From Amoebophrya sp. A120 (Eukaryota; Protista; Dinoflagellata), in assembly GCA_905178155.1 (NCBI GenBank), contig CAJINV010000003.1, forward strand, positions 6,815,612 through 6,879,611: a stretch of 64,000 bases of DNA, in the 5' to 3' direction. Shown piece by piece: positions 12,911 to 24,046 of this stretch. The notes under the pieces were generated by a model. The model saw only the letters and a program-made list of their open reading frames with translations, had not been told where the DNA came from and did no database searches. The number at the start of each line of letters is the position of its first letter. Position 1 is the first letter of the stretch. A program made the position numbers and the translations under genes.

Positions 12911-14541
12911 ACACAATGGGCAGTTGGAAGGAATCGAAGATTGTGTCGTTCATCTCTACGGGGTAAAAATTCGGGTTTTTCGTAACCATCGCTGTTACTC
13001 CTCCACTATGCGACGCTAGCCCTCCGACAGAAGCACCACTCGCCGTTCCGACAAGATTACGTTAACGTTAAAACTTTTTCCTGTGATACATCTTCGTCGT
13101 CCACTTCGTTTAAATACGCTGTAGATATCGACTGAAGGCAGCGGACAGCGTCGACCCAGGTCTGAATGATTTTTCCGAAAAATATGGATAATTTTCTCTA
13201 GGCAGTATTCGCATGCAAAATGAACCATTTCTCCATGCAGATTCCGATTCATCTACTTACTTCTCGGGAGAAGTATCTAAGTAGTAAGTGCTCTACCTGA
13301 AACTTATGCTCATCCTGTTGTTGCTGCAACGCCTTCGCTAATTGGGTGTATCATGTCGTTCTCGTTGTCGAGAGGAACGAGACCCGTCCGAAGAAGCTGT
13401 AATACACTAACCTTCGCCTCTTGAAGACCAGCCTAGGCTTATTTCCATCTCTTTTTGTACCAGAACGAAAATGGGGTTGAAAACGAAGAACGACGAAAAC
13501 GATGTGGCACCGGAACGAAGGCGGACATCAAACGACAACAAATACGAATACGCACGGCAAAGGAAGTGAAGATCTGGTGGTGGTTGTGGGGAAGGTGGAT
13601 TTCTTTATTTCCGCCTACGACGAGCTGCACGACAAGAAAGTCAAACAGAAAGACACGCACGACGAGCAGGATGACTGCATCACAGAACTTAGATCACGAG
13701 AGATACGTAAAAGGGACTGCAGTGTCCTTATTGCAAAGAACAGCAACAACTTTGGACGAAAGAACACACGTTTGCGCACAAAACTCGCGGTGGTGGTGTT
13801 CCCACATTTTCCTCTACGCTCTTCTTGTTTCTTTATAAGCATCCATAAGGCGACGAACATAGCAAAAGTGAAGCTCTCGTTTAGTATTACTTCGGAAACG
13901 GTAACGGATCAAATCTTGTTCATCGCGTGAAATATGGCGATGGGGATGAAGAAGAAGAGGCGCTTTAGCGTCGTCGGTCTCTTTTGAAATTAGAATTACA
14001 CTTACATTTACAACGAAAATTAGTCGGCTCCTTAGTTCATCTGCTTCTGGCGCCAGAAGATTCCTAGTAGCAGGTATACATTTATTCTTGTTGGTAGCGT
14101 AGCCGTCTACTCAATACCAGCAAAACGCAGATTACCATCCGGCAAAAGAAAAGCTCAAAATTAATATCAATCAAAATGACATCACGACGGGCCAGCTCTC
14201 ACTGGTGCTGCTTGAATTTTACATTTAGCTTCACTGAATCTGAAACCAAAAGCTCTGCGAAAAACCTATTTCTCGGTTGTCATTGTTATCAATTCGTCCG
14301 CTCTACTAGTATTCACATTTAGTTCGGCTACAAGTACCCGGTTGGGATTGCAACTCTACTTCCTCTATTTCAACAATGCTATCCCCAGTATCCTTTTCTA
14401 GTTATTGTGTTCTGTGTCACTGCCTGTCTTCGGCGAGCACGATAGAGATATGCATGGTCGTCGTGTGCAGTATTCAGGAGTTTTTTCGTTGCGTTTTCAA
14501 CAGTTCTGAATACATACTAGCAAAATTTTCAGACTACGACT

Positions 14542-14692
14542 TATGAACTGCAAAAGCATCGCACTCGTATAAATGCATGACAAATTCCCTCAGCATGAGA
14601 AATGAAATTTGTAAAATGCGGATTTACCTTGAGAAAAAAATTTGTAATGCATGAATGGGATTACTACGAGGACGATACTTTTGCACAGGATA
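14542..14692. mobile_element. Introner-like element, family A (151 bp)
   Basis: TATGAACTGCAAAAGCATCG...CGATACTTTTGCACAGGATA with CGACT at 14537-14541 and 14693-14697. Interior is similar to 12752-12910. Confidence 0.88.
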
Positions 14693-14994
14693 CGACTTTT
14701 GCACAGGACACGGGCCACCTTGTCAAGGAGTGCCCGGACCAGCGGCGCTTCGTAAAAATGCTTTTCCTCTTCTCCATTTTTCTCGTGGTCAAGTTTTTGC
14801 AACGGAAACTCGAACTCGCGCTCCTCACCACAGAGGCCGTAGAGAACGCGGATGGAGCACGAGGCCGGATTGCGGGAGGTGGGTGCAGATGCCCTCATTC
14901 TGCTCTGCTCGAAACGCACGATGATATGATCATCTTGGCAACGTGCTGTATACGAAAATTTTTGCAGGCGTGCTCAACGACCAAACCGAAAGCT

Positions 14995-15160
14995 TCAGAA
15001 GACCCGCTGTCGCACGTCTTGCACTTTGCGGTGTCGTGGGTCGTGCACTCGGTCAGCGTTGCCCCGACGCCGTTCGTGCACGTGCAAATATTTGCGGCGC
15101 AGACGTCTCCGTTTCTGTGGTACCCGTCGTTGCACGTATCGCAGATGTTGGCCATGTGAG
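14995..15160 (-). pseudogene. Fragment of a cysteine-rich repeat (surface-protein/EGF-like) gene inside the mosaic insertion
   Basis: ANICDTCNDGYHRNGDVCAANICTCTNGVGATLTECTTHDTAKCKTCDSG in ORF 14895-15206; high GC3; no flanking gene structure. Confidence 0.6.
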
Positions 15161-18100
15161 TTCTGCAATCAGCGGTGCCGGCGCCATGCCCTCTGCACGA
15201 GGGCATGGCGCAGGGTTGCTCACATTTTTACTAAGTATTTCAACACGCAGCGCCGTGAGAGCTTCTTCTGTCTCGTCCGTGCTCCCGTTTCTTCTGTCGT
15301 TCTCGTTGTCGAGAGGAACGAGACCCGTCCGACTCTTGTCCGCGAAGGGCAGCCGGTTCACCACAAACTCCTTGATCTCGTCACGAACCGATCTGGGACT
15401 CAAGATGTTGTGCCGGTCCCCGTTGCCGTAGCGGCTGACCACCTCCTCCACCCGCAGCCGCGCCTCCTTGCGCATGGGGTCGGACGTCGCGAACTCCGTC
15501 TGCACGCTGTGGTAGGGCACGAAGAAAAAATCGGCCTCCTCCGGGTCCTGCGTTCAAAAAATATCGGAATTCTGGAAAAACCGGTGCATGTACACGTCCG
15601 CTGTCCAAAAGCCGTTCTCCTGCGCAATCACGAAGTTCGAGCTCACGAGGTCGGACAGCGGGGAGGACACTGCTGCGCTACTAGTATTCGCTGTCGTTGG
15701 GGACGTGTTGGTTGTGTAATCATAGACGTACACCTTGATGCCCGCTGGTGCTTGTCCTGTTTTGGTTGGTACTGTTGTGGGTCCGTCATCTCGCTGAGGG
15801 GCGAGAACGGAATCCGCTACCGTCCTATCGGCAGCGCTGCCCTTCACATTATTCTTATTGCCTTCTGTGCTCGTAGTTGTGCCGTCGGTGTGAGAGGCGC
15901 CGCCTATTTTCGTCTCTGAAGTTTTGTGAGTGTCCGCCGAGTTTGGAACCAAGGGAACCGACGTGTACGCCTCTTTGCCGCCCGCCAACTGAATCAAGTG
16001 GCCCACGCTGTCGAAATTGAAAAATAGATTCCAAAAGCAATCGTTCGCCAGAAGTTCGCGCCCTTTTCCCGGAGTGCGCATCCACTGGATCAGAGCCTCC
16101 AACCACGGCCGCAGCCGCTTCCAAACCTTCAGTTTGTGCGCTGGCGCGTCGCGATCCTTGCGCGTCGCGATATGAGCAGCTCCGACCTCCCGGCCGATGC
16201 GGCCCAAGAGCCCCTTTAACCCGCACAGAAGCCAGCTGGAGGCGCACCGAATCGGACTTTGCTGCTGTCCCAACTCCGCTAGCTCGGAGGGCGCGCCACC
16301 TTTCTCAACAACAGTGTCATCAAGCTGCAGGCGCTTTCGAAATGCCGCCAGCATTGCAGGATCCTCAAACACGCTACTATCGTCTTGCGGAGCCCCCGTT
16401 CTGCCCGAAGTAGAACTCGTTGTACCAAATCGCTCCTGCTGCTGCCTTTCGTTTTCAAGAAGCGGCGCCACTTCACGCACCAGTTTCCTCCGAAACAGCG
16501 CCAGAAAGTCGATGCGCTCCTTGATGTGCTTCGCATGCGCGCCGTCCAGCTTGTCCTCGCCGAAGCTCGTCGAATTCGCGGCTGCTCCTTTGTCCAGCAG
16601 CGGCCGCGCGTGCTGTTCGCGAATTAGCTTCGCGACGACGCGCGGATCCTCCAGATCCAGCTCCGTCTCAATGCGCGTTTCCCGCACGTGTTTTTCTAGC
16701 ACCTCGTTGCTGGCCCAAAGCTGGGCGTCCGAGAAGACCCGCTCGGGCGAGGACAGGGCCAAGTCCAGGTCCTCTTGGACGGACGCGCGCGCGCAATCGG
16801 TCGCACCAGTGTCCGTTCTTGTGTAAGTCATGTTCATCTTGGAGGCCGCATTTTGATTTATTTCGCTGGATGATGCGCCCGTCGCGGCGGCGGTCGTCCT
16901 CGCGTACCAAAAGAAGTCGCAGAAGCTGTGCAGCGCGTGCAGCGGCACGTTGCGCAGAGACGGGACCTCCTTCGTTCGGTTCGAGTTCCAGAGCGCTCCG
17001 CGCCGCTGCTGCAGCTCATGCAGCCCGAAATCCTGGTGCCGTTTTTGGCTGAAGCTCGGATGAAAGAGCTGGTACCCCAGCACGGGAAACATCTGAATGC
17101 GATCCAGAATCCGCTTGCGAGCCACGTACTGAAACCCCACGCTCCCGCCCTTTGAGTCATCTTTTTCATCTTCTCGTCTGTTAGTAGAAGAACCACTTTG
17201 AGGGCGGTTTGTTTTTGCAGTCTGGTGGGATTCCTTGTTGAAATGCGCGTCCAGTTCCGCCAGGCGCGAGGAGGAGGTGCTCAAAATAAACGGCTGCTCA
17301 TCTTCATTATCTTTTGGAGCTGCCCACAGCCGAGACTCAACCGGCTGGAGGCCCACCACCGGATACTGATGGAAAATTCGCCAGAATTTCCTTACCAACT
17401 CCAGGTGCTCTGTCCGCCTCCGTCTCCGACGCCCCTTCCACAGTGCCGCAACGGTGGAGGCGTTTCTGCGCGCTGCCCACCAGGCCGCTGTTGTGCTCTC
17501 ATCCTCCTCTGCCTCAGTATCAATATAGGGACTTCTCCGACCCGATAAATGCGCAGTCTTCCCCACCCCTTCCGGCAACTTCGTCTCCCGTCCAACGCCC
17601 TCCGCCTCCTGCTGTCCAAGAGTTCCAAGGTCATTCTCTTTCCCCGCCTCGGTGCCTTGCTCCTCTCGATGCCGGCCCCTGTCATGCGCTGAGACACGCG
17701 AATGTGTGAGCCTGCCATAGTCCTCTTCGGTGAATCTTTGGAAGAGATCCACGAACAGGTTCCACAGGTAGGCCGGGGAGGACTCCTCGTCGGCGACTCC
17801 TGCTCCATCTTGATCTCCTAGTTGTACGGCAGCCGCTTCCGTTCTGGAGACTTTTTGATTTTGTTGCACATAATCCGGTACTGGCTGAGCCTGGACAAGA
17901 TGAACAGACAGGACATAATCCCCGTCGAGATCCTGCGATCGAAACAGTAGATGCACCGCTCCTGTCGCGAATAGTAATAGACACAGAAAATAAATAGACA
18001 TATGTCTATTTTTCTGTTTTGAAGGCGCAACACGAGGAACCGCCCTCGTTTTTTTCGTGCCCGGTGAGATCGACAGAATGCCCCCGAGAAAATGCTCACA

Positions 18101-18912
18101 GAGGCTGCAACTGCCTCGAGGATACGTTGCCCCGATCTCCTGAGCTGCCGTCAGCGATGATCCGAGTCGCACCGGCTGCCGGAAAGAGGATCTCGAGCGC
18201 CCAGTGAAGAACAATGCGGGTGAACGGCATGACGGAGTGGGGAACGGAAGAGAGCGATGCATCAGGAAAAATTTTGGACGAGCCAGTATTTATGTCCATT
18301 CGAGACATCTTGGAAGGAATGAAGAAACCGCAAGCCAAGGTTCTTCTTCTTCTTTACTGCCACGGGACACCGCCCAAATACACTTCTACTTCCCCACTTC
18401 GCCCAGGTGTGTTAGTTATGTATCTCTGCCTCCAACGGAGACGATCGAAAATGTAAATGAACTGTTTGACAACGGAGAAAAAGGATCGGGTGGGGCTGCA
18501 TCGTTTATGATGGGCATGGAGATGGAGATCGAAAGAGTCATGGAAAATCAGAGAAGAAAAGAGTGAAGTAAATGTAAATGTAATTAAAGGTAGATCATGA
18601 AATAGTGCTCGGACAAAAAATTAGTACAGCTCGAGGACGACACAAACACTATGAATGAAACAAAGAGGCTTCCTCGATTTTCCTAGCGACTAAGCCTGTG
18701 GAACGCCAAGTGGTAATATGCTGATGATATCTTTGTGTTCCATGTTGGATTTTGTGGTGCTGGATAAGGATATAAAATATTAATTCGCGCAAGAAATGCA
18801 CCTCTCACAGAAAAAAGTGCTACCTGCTGCAGCAACATGCGCCATTCAGTAGCAGGGTCTTAGTTCTTGAGGTTTGCGGTTCCCTGTGTCTTTGTTTGAC
18901 TTTGACGGAGCT

Positions 18913-21900
18913 TTAACACGCACAACCATTTAGTAGCTCTTGGTTGCACCCCGCACCTGCAGTGAGGCGTAAGCCCCCCGATGAAGCACACTTCCCGACG
19001 TTTTGCCGTAAGATTTCGGCTCCGACGCGCTGCAGAATGGTTTCGATCCCTGCCTCCGACGAGGGGGGCGTCTTCGCGGCAGCGGAGGTAGATGAAACCA
19101 TCTCACGGTCCCAATGGCTGCTGGTTTCGAAAAAAAGGCATCCATTTTGCTTCGCAAATGCCCGCCCTCTTTCTACCATTGCCTTACCCGGTGTCACCGT
19201 TGTCGTTGTCAAAACAAGTAAAGAAGCCGCTGGGCAATTTTGACTGTGTCGTTTATCTGCATGCTTTTTCTCTCTCTACTCCAACCGTATACATTCATTC
19301 ATAGTAGTACAAGAATATACTGAGACCGACGATCACGATCTTCCTTCCTTGGGCATTATTTGTATTCTATTTCCCATTGGTACAGAAAATAACACTTGTC
19401 GATGCGGTGGATGATTGAGAAGAGTCTACTGCAGCTCTTGTCGCTGCGGCCTCCCTACTAGGTGCATTTCTTAGCAGTCTGAAGATCGCACTTGTTGGCT
19501 ACAACCGCTAGTACCACATTCTCAACGGCAAGCTGCACGACCTCTGGCTTCCATCGGGTCGCCAGGTTGTCGAAAGTTTCTTCGTCCGTGATGTCGTACA
19601 CCAGTAAGGCGCCCGCCGTCCCCCGATAGTGGTGAGTTGCCATCGATCGAAACTTCTCCTGGCCCGCTGTGTCCCAGACCGTGAGCATCACCGCTTGCCC
19701 CTTTTCATCTTGTTCGGCCTGCTGCGCTCCAGTAGTGATAATTCCGCTACGGCTTGGGCTCGAGGAACTTGCGAACGATGTCGGCAAGTAGTCTTTGGGA
19801 ATTGTCTATCAAGGTCAACAACAAAAGCTAGTGGTTCCCTGTGCGGCGAACCCGAATTCGGTTCCAGCAGCAGATACTAGAGGGAGACGAGGGCAAATCC
19901 AACTTTAAAAAAATCACCAATTTGATGCGAAATGTAAAAATGTAGCCATAGATTGCTCGAAAAATCGAGCTGGTGCTGATGGACATGGAACTCTTCACGT
20001 TCATCACGAGTTTTGTTGTAATGCTTCCAGGTCGTGTGAAAGTGAAGATGCCGCCACGACCGCCTTAGAAACTGAGCACTACTACGCTATGACACTGCGC
20101 CTGAGCTGCTTAGTTACTGTTACAAGGCCGCAGCTTATGTCGCGTAGTGGGAGGGTGAACGAGTGGACAGGGGGGAAAGAAAAACGCCAGAGGGTGGGCA
20201 AGGGAAAAAGTTTTTGATGCAGGGTGGGGCCAGGCATCTGCGCCGCTTCTTGCTGAAAGAACGAAGGCGGAGCGCCATGGCGCCCGTGGTTCCAGTCTCT
20301 GCGCGAGCGCGAGGACCCCACCCGCATGGGGCGCGCGTTTGCGTGGCGGCAAGCCTTAGGCCCAAGCAACAACGCAAAGCGCGGCTGCGGGCGGGCGCCA
20401 GTGGACGGGGGAAGGAGGCAAAGGAACAGTCCGCGCCCTGCGAGGCGTGGGCGCGTGACGCCCCGCCCGCGCGTTTGCGGCGTGGCCCGTTCGTGCCGCC
20501 TGCCTTTGTGCCCCGGCTGCCCCTGCGCGCCTTGGTGCTCCTCCCGGCCGCCCTTCTCCCGCGCGCAGCCTTGCAGAGCGGGGGCCCCTGCCCTGCGCGT
20601 GGATGGAGGCAGGACGGGGGCCGGGGCGGGGCATTCATTCATACATTGCCCCCCAGGCGCAGGGGCCCACCACCCTCCCCCAGCACCCCCGGACAACGAC
20701 GGCGCTTCCCGCGTTAGCTCGCATGCAATAATCTGCTCCGCCCCCGCCTGCTTCCCTCCCTCGCGCGCACCGTCCAAGACAGAGGCGGCGGACGGTGGCG
20801 CCCTCTGCCGGTCTCCTCGTGAGCAGAGGGAGGGCGCCGGGGGAGGGTGGTGGGCAGCTGCTCGCCTGCAAACCTGGCGCTGGGGCGCGGTTTCCCCTTC
20901 GCGAACAGAGGGAGGGCGCCGGGGGAGGGTGGTGGGCAGCTGCTCGCCTGGGGCGTGGCCGCCGGCGGCGTTCCCCATGCCCCCCGCCTTCTTTGCGCCC
21001 CCCGCCCGTGCCTCCGTCGTGTTTTCCCCGTGTTTCCCGTTTTCCCCGTGCTTCCCGCTTTCCCCGTGTTTCCCGCTTTCCCCGTTCTCCCCGCCTTTCT
21101 CGTGCTTCTTCCCGTTTTCCCCGTGCTTCCCACTTTCCCTATGCTTCCCGCTTATTTTCCCCGTGCCTCCCGCTTTCCCCGTGCTTCCCGCTTCCCCCGT
21201 GCCCCCCGCTTTCCCCGTGCTCCCCGCTTCTGCCGTGCTTCCCGCCTCCGTCGCGCTTCCCGCTTTCCCCGTGCTTGCCGTTTTCCCCCTGCTTCCAGCC
21301 TTCCCCGCGCTTCCCGCTTTCCCCGTGTTTCCCGCTTTCCCCGTGCTTCCCGCATTCCCCGGGCTTGCCGCCTTCCCCGTGTTTCCCGCTTTCCCCGTGC
21401 TTCCCGCTTTCCCTGTGTTTCCCGCTTTCCCTGTATTTCCCGCGTTCCCCGTGTTTCCCGTTTTCCCCGGCGGTGTTTCCTGTTTTCCCCGTGCTTCCCG
21501 CTTTCCCCGTGCTTCCCGCTTTCCCCAAGCTGCAAAACCGGGGATACAGGGTTTTGGGAGATTGTTGCAAAATATTTTCGCCTGAAAATATTTTTCGGGG
21601 ATTTCAAAACATTTGGGGTCGCAAAATATTTTCGGTCGCGAAATATTTTGGGCCGCAAAATATTTTGGGTCGCGAAATATTTTGGGTCGCAAAATATTTT
21701 GCGTTGCGAAATATTTGGACTTGCGAAATATTTTGAGTTGCAAAATATCTGGACTTGCGAAATATTTTGAGTTGCAAAATATTTGGACTTGCGAAATATT
21801 TTGAGCCGCAAAATATTTGAAGTTGCGAAATGTTTGGAGTTGCAAAATATTTCGAGTTGCAAAATATTTGGAGTTGCAAAATGTTTCGAGTTGCCGTTGC

Positions 21901-22698
21901 GGCGGGACTTGGGCGATTCGCCGTTTGCGATCGGACTTGGGCGATTCGCCGTTGGGCGATTCGCCGTTTGCGATGGGACTTGGGCGATTCGCCGTTGGGC
22001 GATTCGCCGTTTGCCATGGGACTTGGGCGATTCGTCGTTGGCCGTTCGCCGTTGGCCGTTGGCCGATTTCGCAAATCGCGACAGCTTTGGAAAGTTTGAA
22101 AACGGGCAAATAATTTTCGGCGTGGGCAATTTTCCTCCCCGTCGCAAAGTTTTAACTTCCGCAGCTCAGCAATAGGAGTTATACCTCGATAAAGTCACTG
22201 GGCGCCGCTCAAATTCGATGCCAATCGTTGCTTCGGTATCCAGCGGCGTTTCGCCGGTCTTCCACTTCTCAAACAAGGCGGTCTTTCCAACGTTGGCGGC
22301 CTATCCTGAGGAGCCATCCCCCTTGTTGTTCCTGATGCTGAGAAGGGAGATCTATCATGCTGATTTGCGTACACAAATCGAACGGTATTCTTGCCACAGG
22401 AAAAGAAGACTGCACATTCGCGACCTAATCTCCAGGCAATTTGTCGTGCTATTATGTACAACGCGAACGCAGCCAGTGGCAGTGGGTCGCGGTCATGCTC
22501 AGCATGCAACGCCTACGCTTTTCCATGCCTGCCAATACTCGATTTTGGTTTTTCCGTATCCCTTTAGCTTAATTGTGTATTTTACACAACTCCTACTTCA
22601 CCAGCGACGCAAATGGGACAATGCGTATGCATAGGGAAATGGAGGGACGCTTTTCATTTTGATACGTCTCCGACAAAAACTACTTTCATCGCCATCAT
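18913..22698 (-). CDS. Rab-family small GTPase, multi-exon
   Basis: MMAMKVVFVGD|ANVGKT (G1, split by 22302-22664), ATIGIEF (G2, ~22215-22235), VWDTAGQEKFRS (G3), VVANKCDL (G4), FFETSS (G5) and C-terminal CAC prenylation motif. Splicing between 22185 and 19806 not resolved. Confidence 0.88.
20101..22169. repeat. ~2-kb composite repeat block in a Rab intron: GC-rich segment with a 45-bp duplication, then three successive tandem arrays
   Basis: 45-bp duplication 20824-20868/20906-20950. 9/18-bp array TTCCCCGTGCTTCCCGCT at ~21021-21527; ~20-bp array with palindromic core CAAAATATTTTG at ~21565-21893; TTGGGCGATTCGCCG array at ~21905-22070. Short inverted ends CTGAGCTGC (20101-20109) / GCAGCTCAG (22161-22169). 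Confidence 0.9.
22302..22664. mobile_element. Degenerate introner-like intron (363 bp) splitting the Rab P-loop
   Basis: TATC...GATA termini, weak inverted repeat, flanks CGGCC/CGTCT (2 mismatches). Excision with one flank gives GDANVGKT. Confidence 0.6.
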
Positions 22699-24046
22699 CA
22701 CGGGGCGCAGTGGTTGCCGCAGTTGCGTACATCAAAATCTTCGTCCGTACTACTACTAGTGCTTCTTGTTAGGCCTGAAATTTCAGTTTAGCAACATGGT
22801 CTTCCAAGTACCTCTCTCACTGAAAGAGAAAAATGTACGACATGCTCTTCTCGTAGTCGTAGCTCCGACCGCCCTGTATTTTGCAAGCAATGCAAAAGTT
22901 GAAGAACGAACTGCGCTTACTGGTCAGTTGCGGCGGACTACTACACCACGCGACGCTGTGTTTTGTCTACATATCATTGAAGTCAGCAATTTATTTAGCG
23001 TTTTGAGTGGAAGCACAAGCATCAGCTTCAATACATTCTTACATTTACAATGCGTATTGCCGTTTGTTTTCTTCGTCATGTGGCATGATTCGAAGTTGTT
23101 GCGGGTCCTTAGGGGTAAGGGTAATGGCGTTGGTCATCATACTACTGGGTGTTGTGATGTCTAGACTCGATACATTCCAAGGAGGGCGTTGCCTCTCTTT
23201 GGTGTAAATAAAACGGCCCGCAAATGAAGGAGCGGTATCAGAACGACGACGTACGATAAGCGGAGGCTGAGATGGAGAGATGAATTATACTTTATTTTAT
23301 AAATATAGAAATACTAATACTGCTCGCAAAGTGGTTCATACATTTGTTTTTAGTGCGCTTAGTGCTTAAGGGATAGTTTGTAAAACGTATCAACAGTGTC
23401 AGTGGTCTGAGGACTATATTGATGAAATTAACAATAATATTATTTGCGTATTTCCTTGTGCGCTTTGGAGTTGGACATCAAAAGTGATTCTCCTAAAACT
23501 GTTCCACTGTGCTTCCGTGGAAACACGTGGCTGGGAGTTGAGGGTGAGGGTTTATGTCGCGGTCGTGGCTTGTATCGTAAAGTCGATGTTGCTTCAGGCC
23601 CAGGTATTCTGCCGTTGTGCATCTCAAGAGCGGTGCCAGTGGTCCTGGTCGTTCCTCTTTACTCCTAGAGAAAACAACAAAGATAGGCCGAGCTTCGGCA
23701 ATATTCCCACCGACGAACGACCGCGGCCTAGCACAGAGCCCTTCTTGGCTCATCAGGTAGAGCAGAGGCAATAATTATTCATCATAGCTAGTGTGCGGTA
23801 GGTGCCTGACCTTGGAGCAGAATGAAAAGGATTCAGAACATAAAAGAACGGCGGCTAATGAGACATATAAACGAAAACTCTCACTAGGTGCATATCCAAG
23901 GTGAAGTTTTTTTATCGTGAACCAAGGTGGTCTTTAGGTTTTTCTATTTCGCTTTTTTATAAGTATTTATTTTGTCGCTTAATTTCTTTCATCACTACAC
24001 ACATAATCAGTCCTCCTGCTCCTGACGTTTCCGCATCCACGCGTTG

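Larger units (their letters stand above)
10990..12990 (-). pseudogene. DYRK-family (DYRKP-like) protein kinase gene fragment with its own introns, lacking most of subdomains I-IV
   Basis: Reconstructed exons: NFYPVEMNDTIFDSFQLPIV|YERDKTGFEETKE|LKVEMGQIIAARY|(H/Q)VVEYLG, gap, EHLVLVTELLKDNLYEFSKFNR...[19 protein letters not shown]|[35 protein letters not shown]|[36 protein letters not shown] and [11 protein letters not shown] are DYRK signatures. Confidence 0.88.
10963..15294. mobile_element. ~4.4-kb mosaic insertion of unrelated gene fragments, bounded by a 44-bp duplication of host exon sequence
   Basis: 10919-10962 matches 15295-15338 with one mismatch; a third copy lies at 13352-13391. 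Contains kinase exons, a Cys-rich fragment and introners. Confidence 0.7.
8883..18001 (-). pseudogene. Exostosin-family (GT47) glycosyltransferase, interrupted by an in-frame TGA (15554-15556) and a 4.4-kb insertion; probable pseudogene or disrupted allele
   Basis: Signal anchor MSIYFLCLLLFATGAVHLLF (ATG 18001), then IKVYVYD and ADVYMHRFFQNSDIF*TQDPEEADFFFVPY in one frame. PYWNRTQGRDHIFV and YCLCPKGLTSYTSRLYESFFTGCLPVIMSDDLEAPF in ORF 8883-10919. The halves join through a duplicated KSRTGLV(P/S)LDNEND segment. Confidence 0.8.

Noticed and set aside
20082-22147. Long ORFs (675, 419, 331, 313, 307 aa) over the repeat block
   Set aside because: They are translations of stop-poor tandem repeats open in several frames on both strands, with no domain signature.
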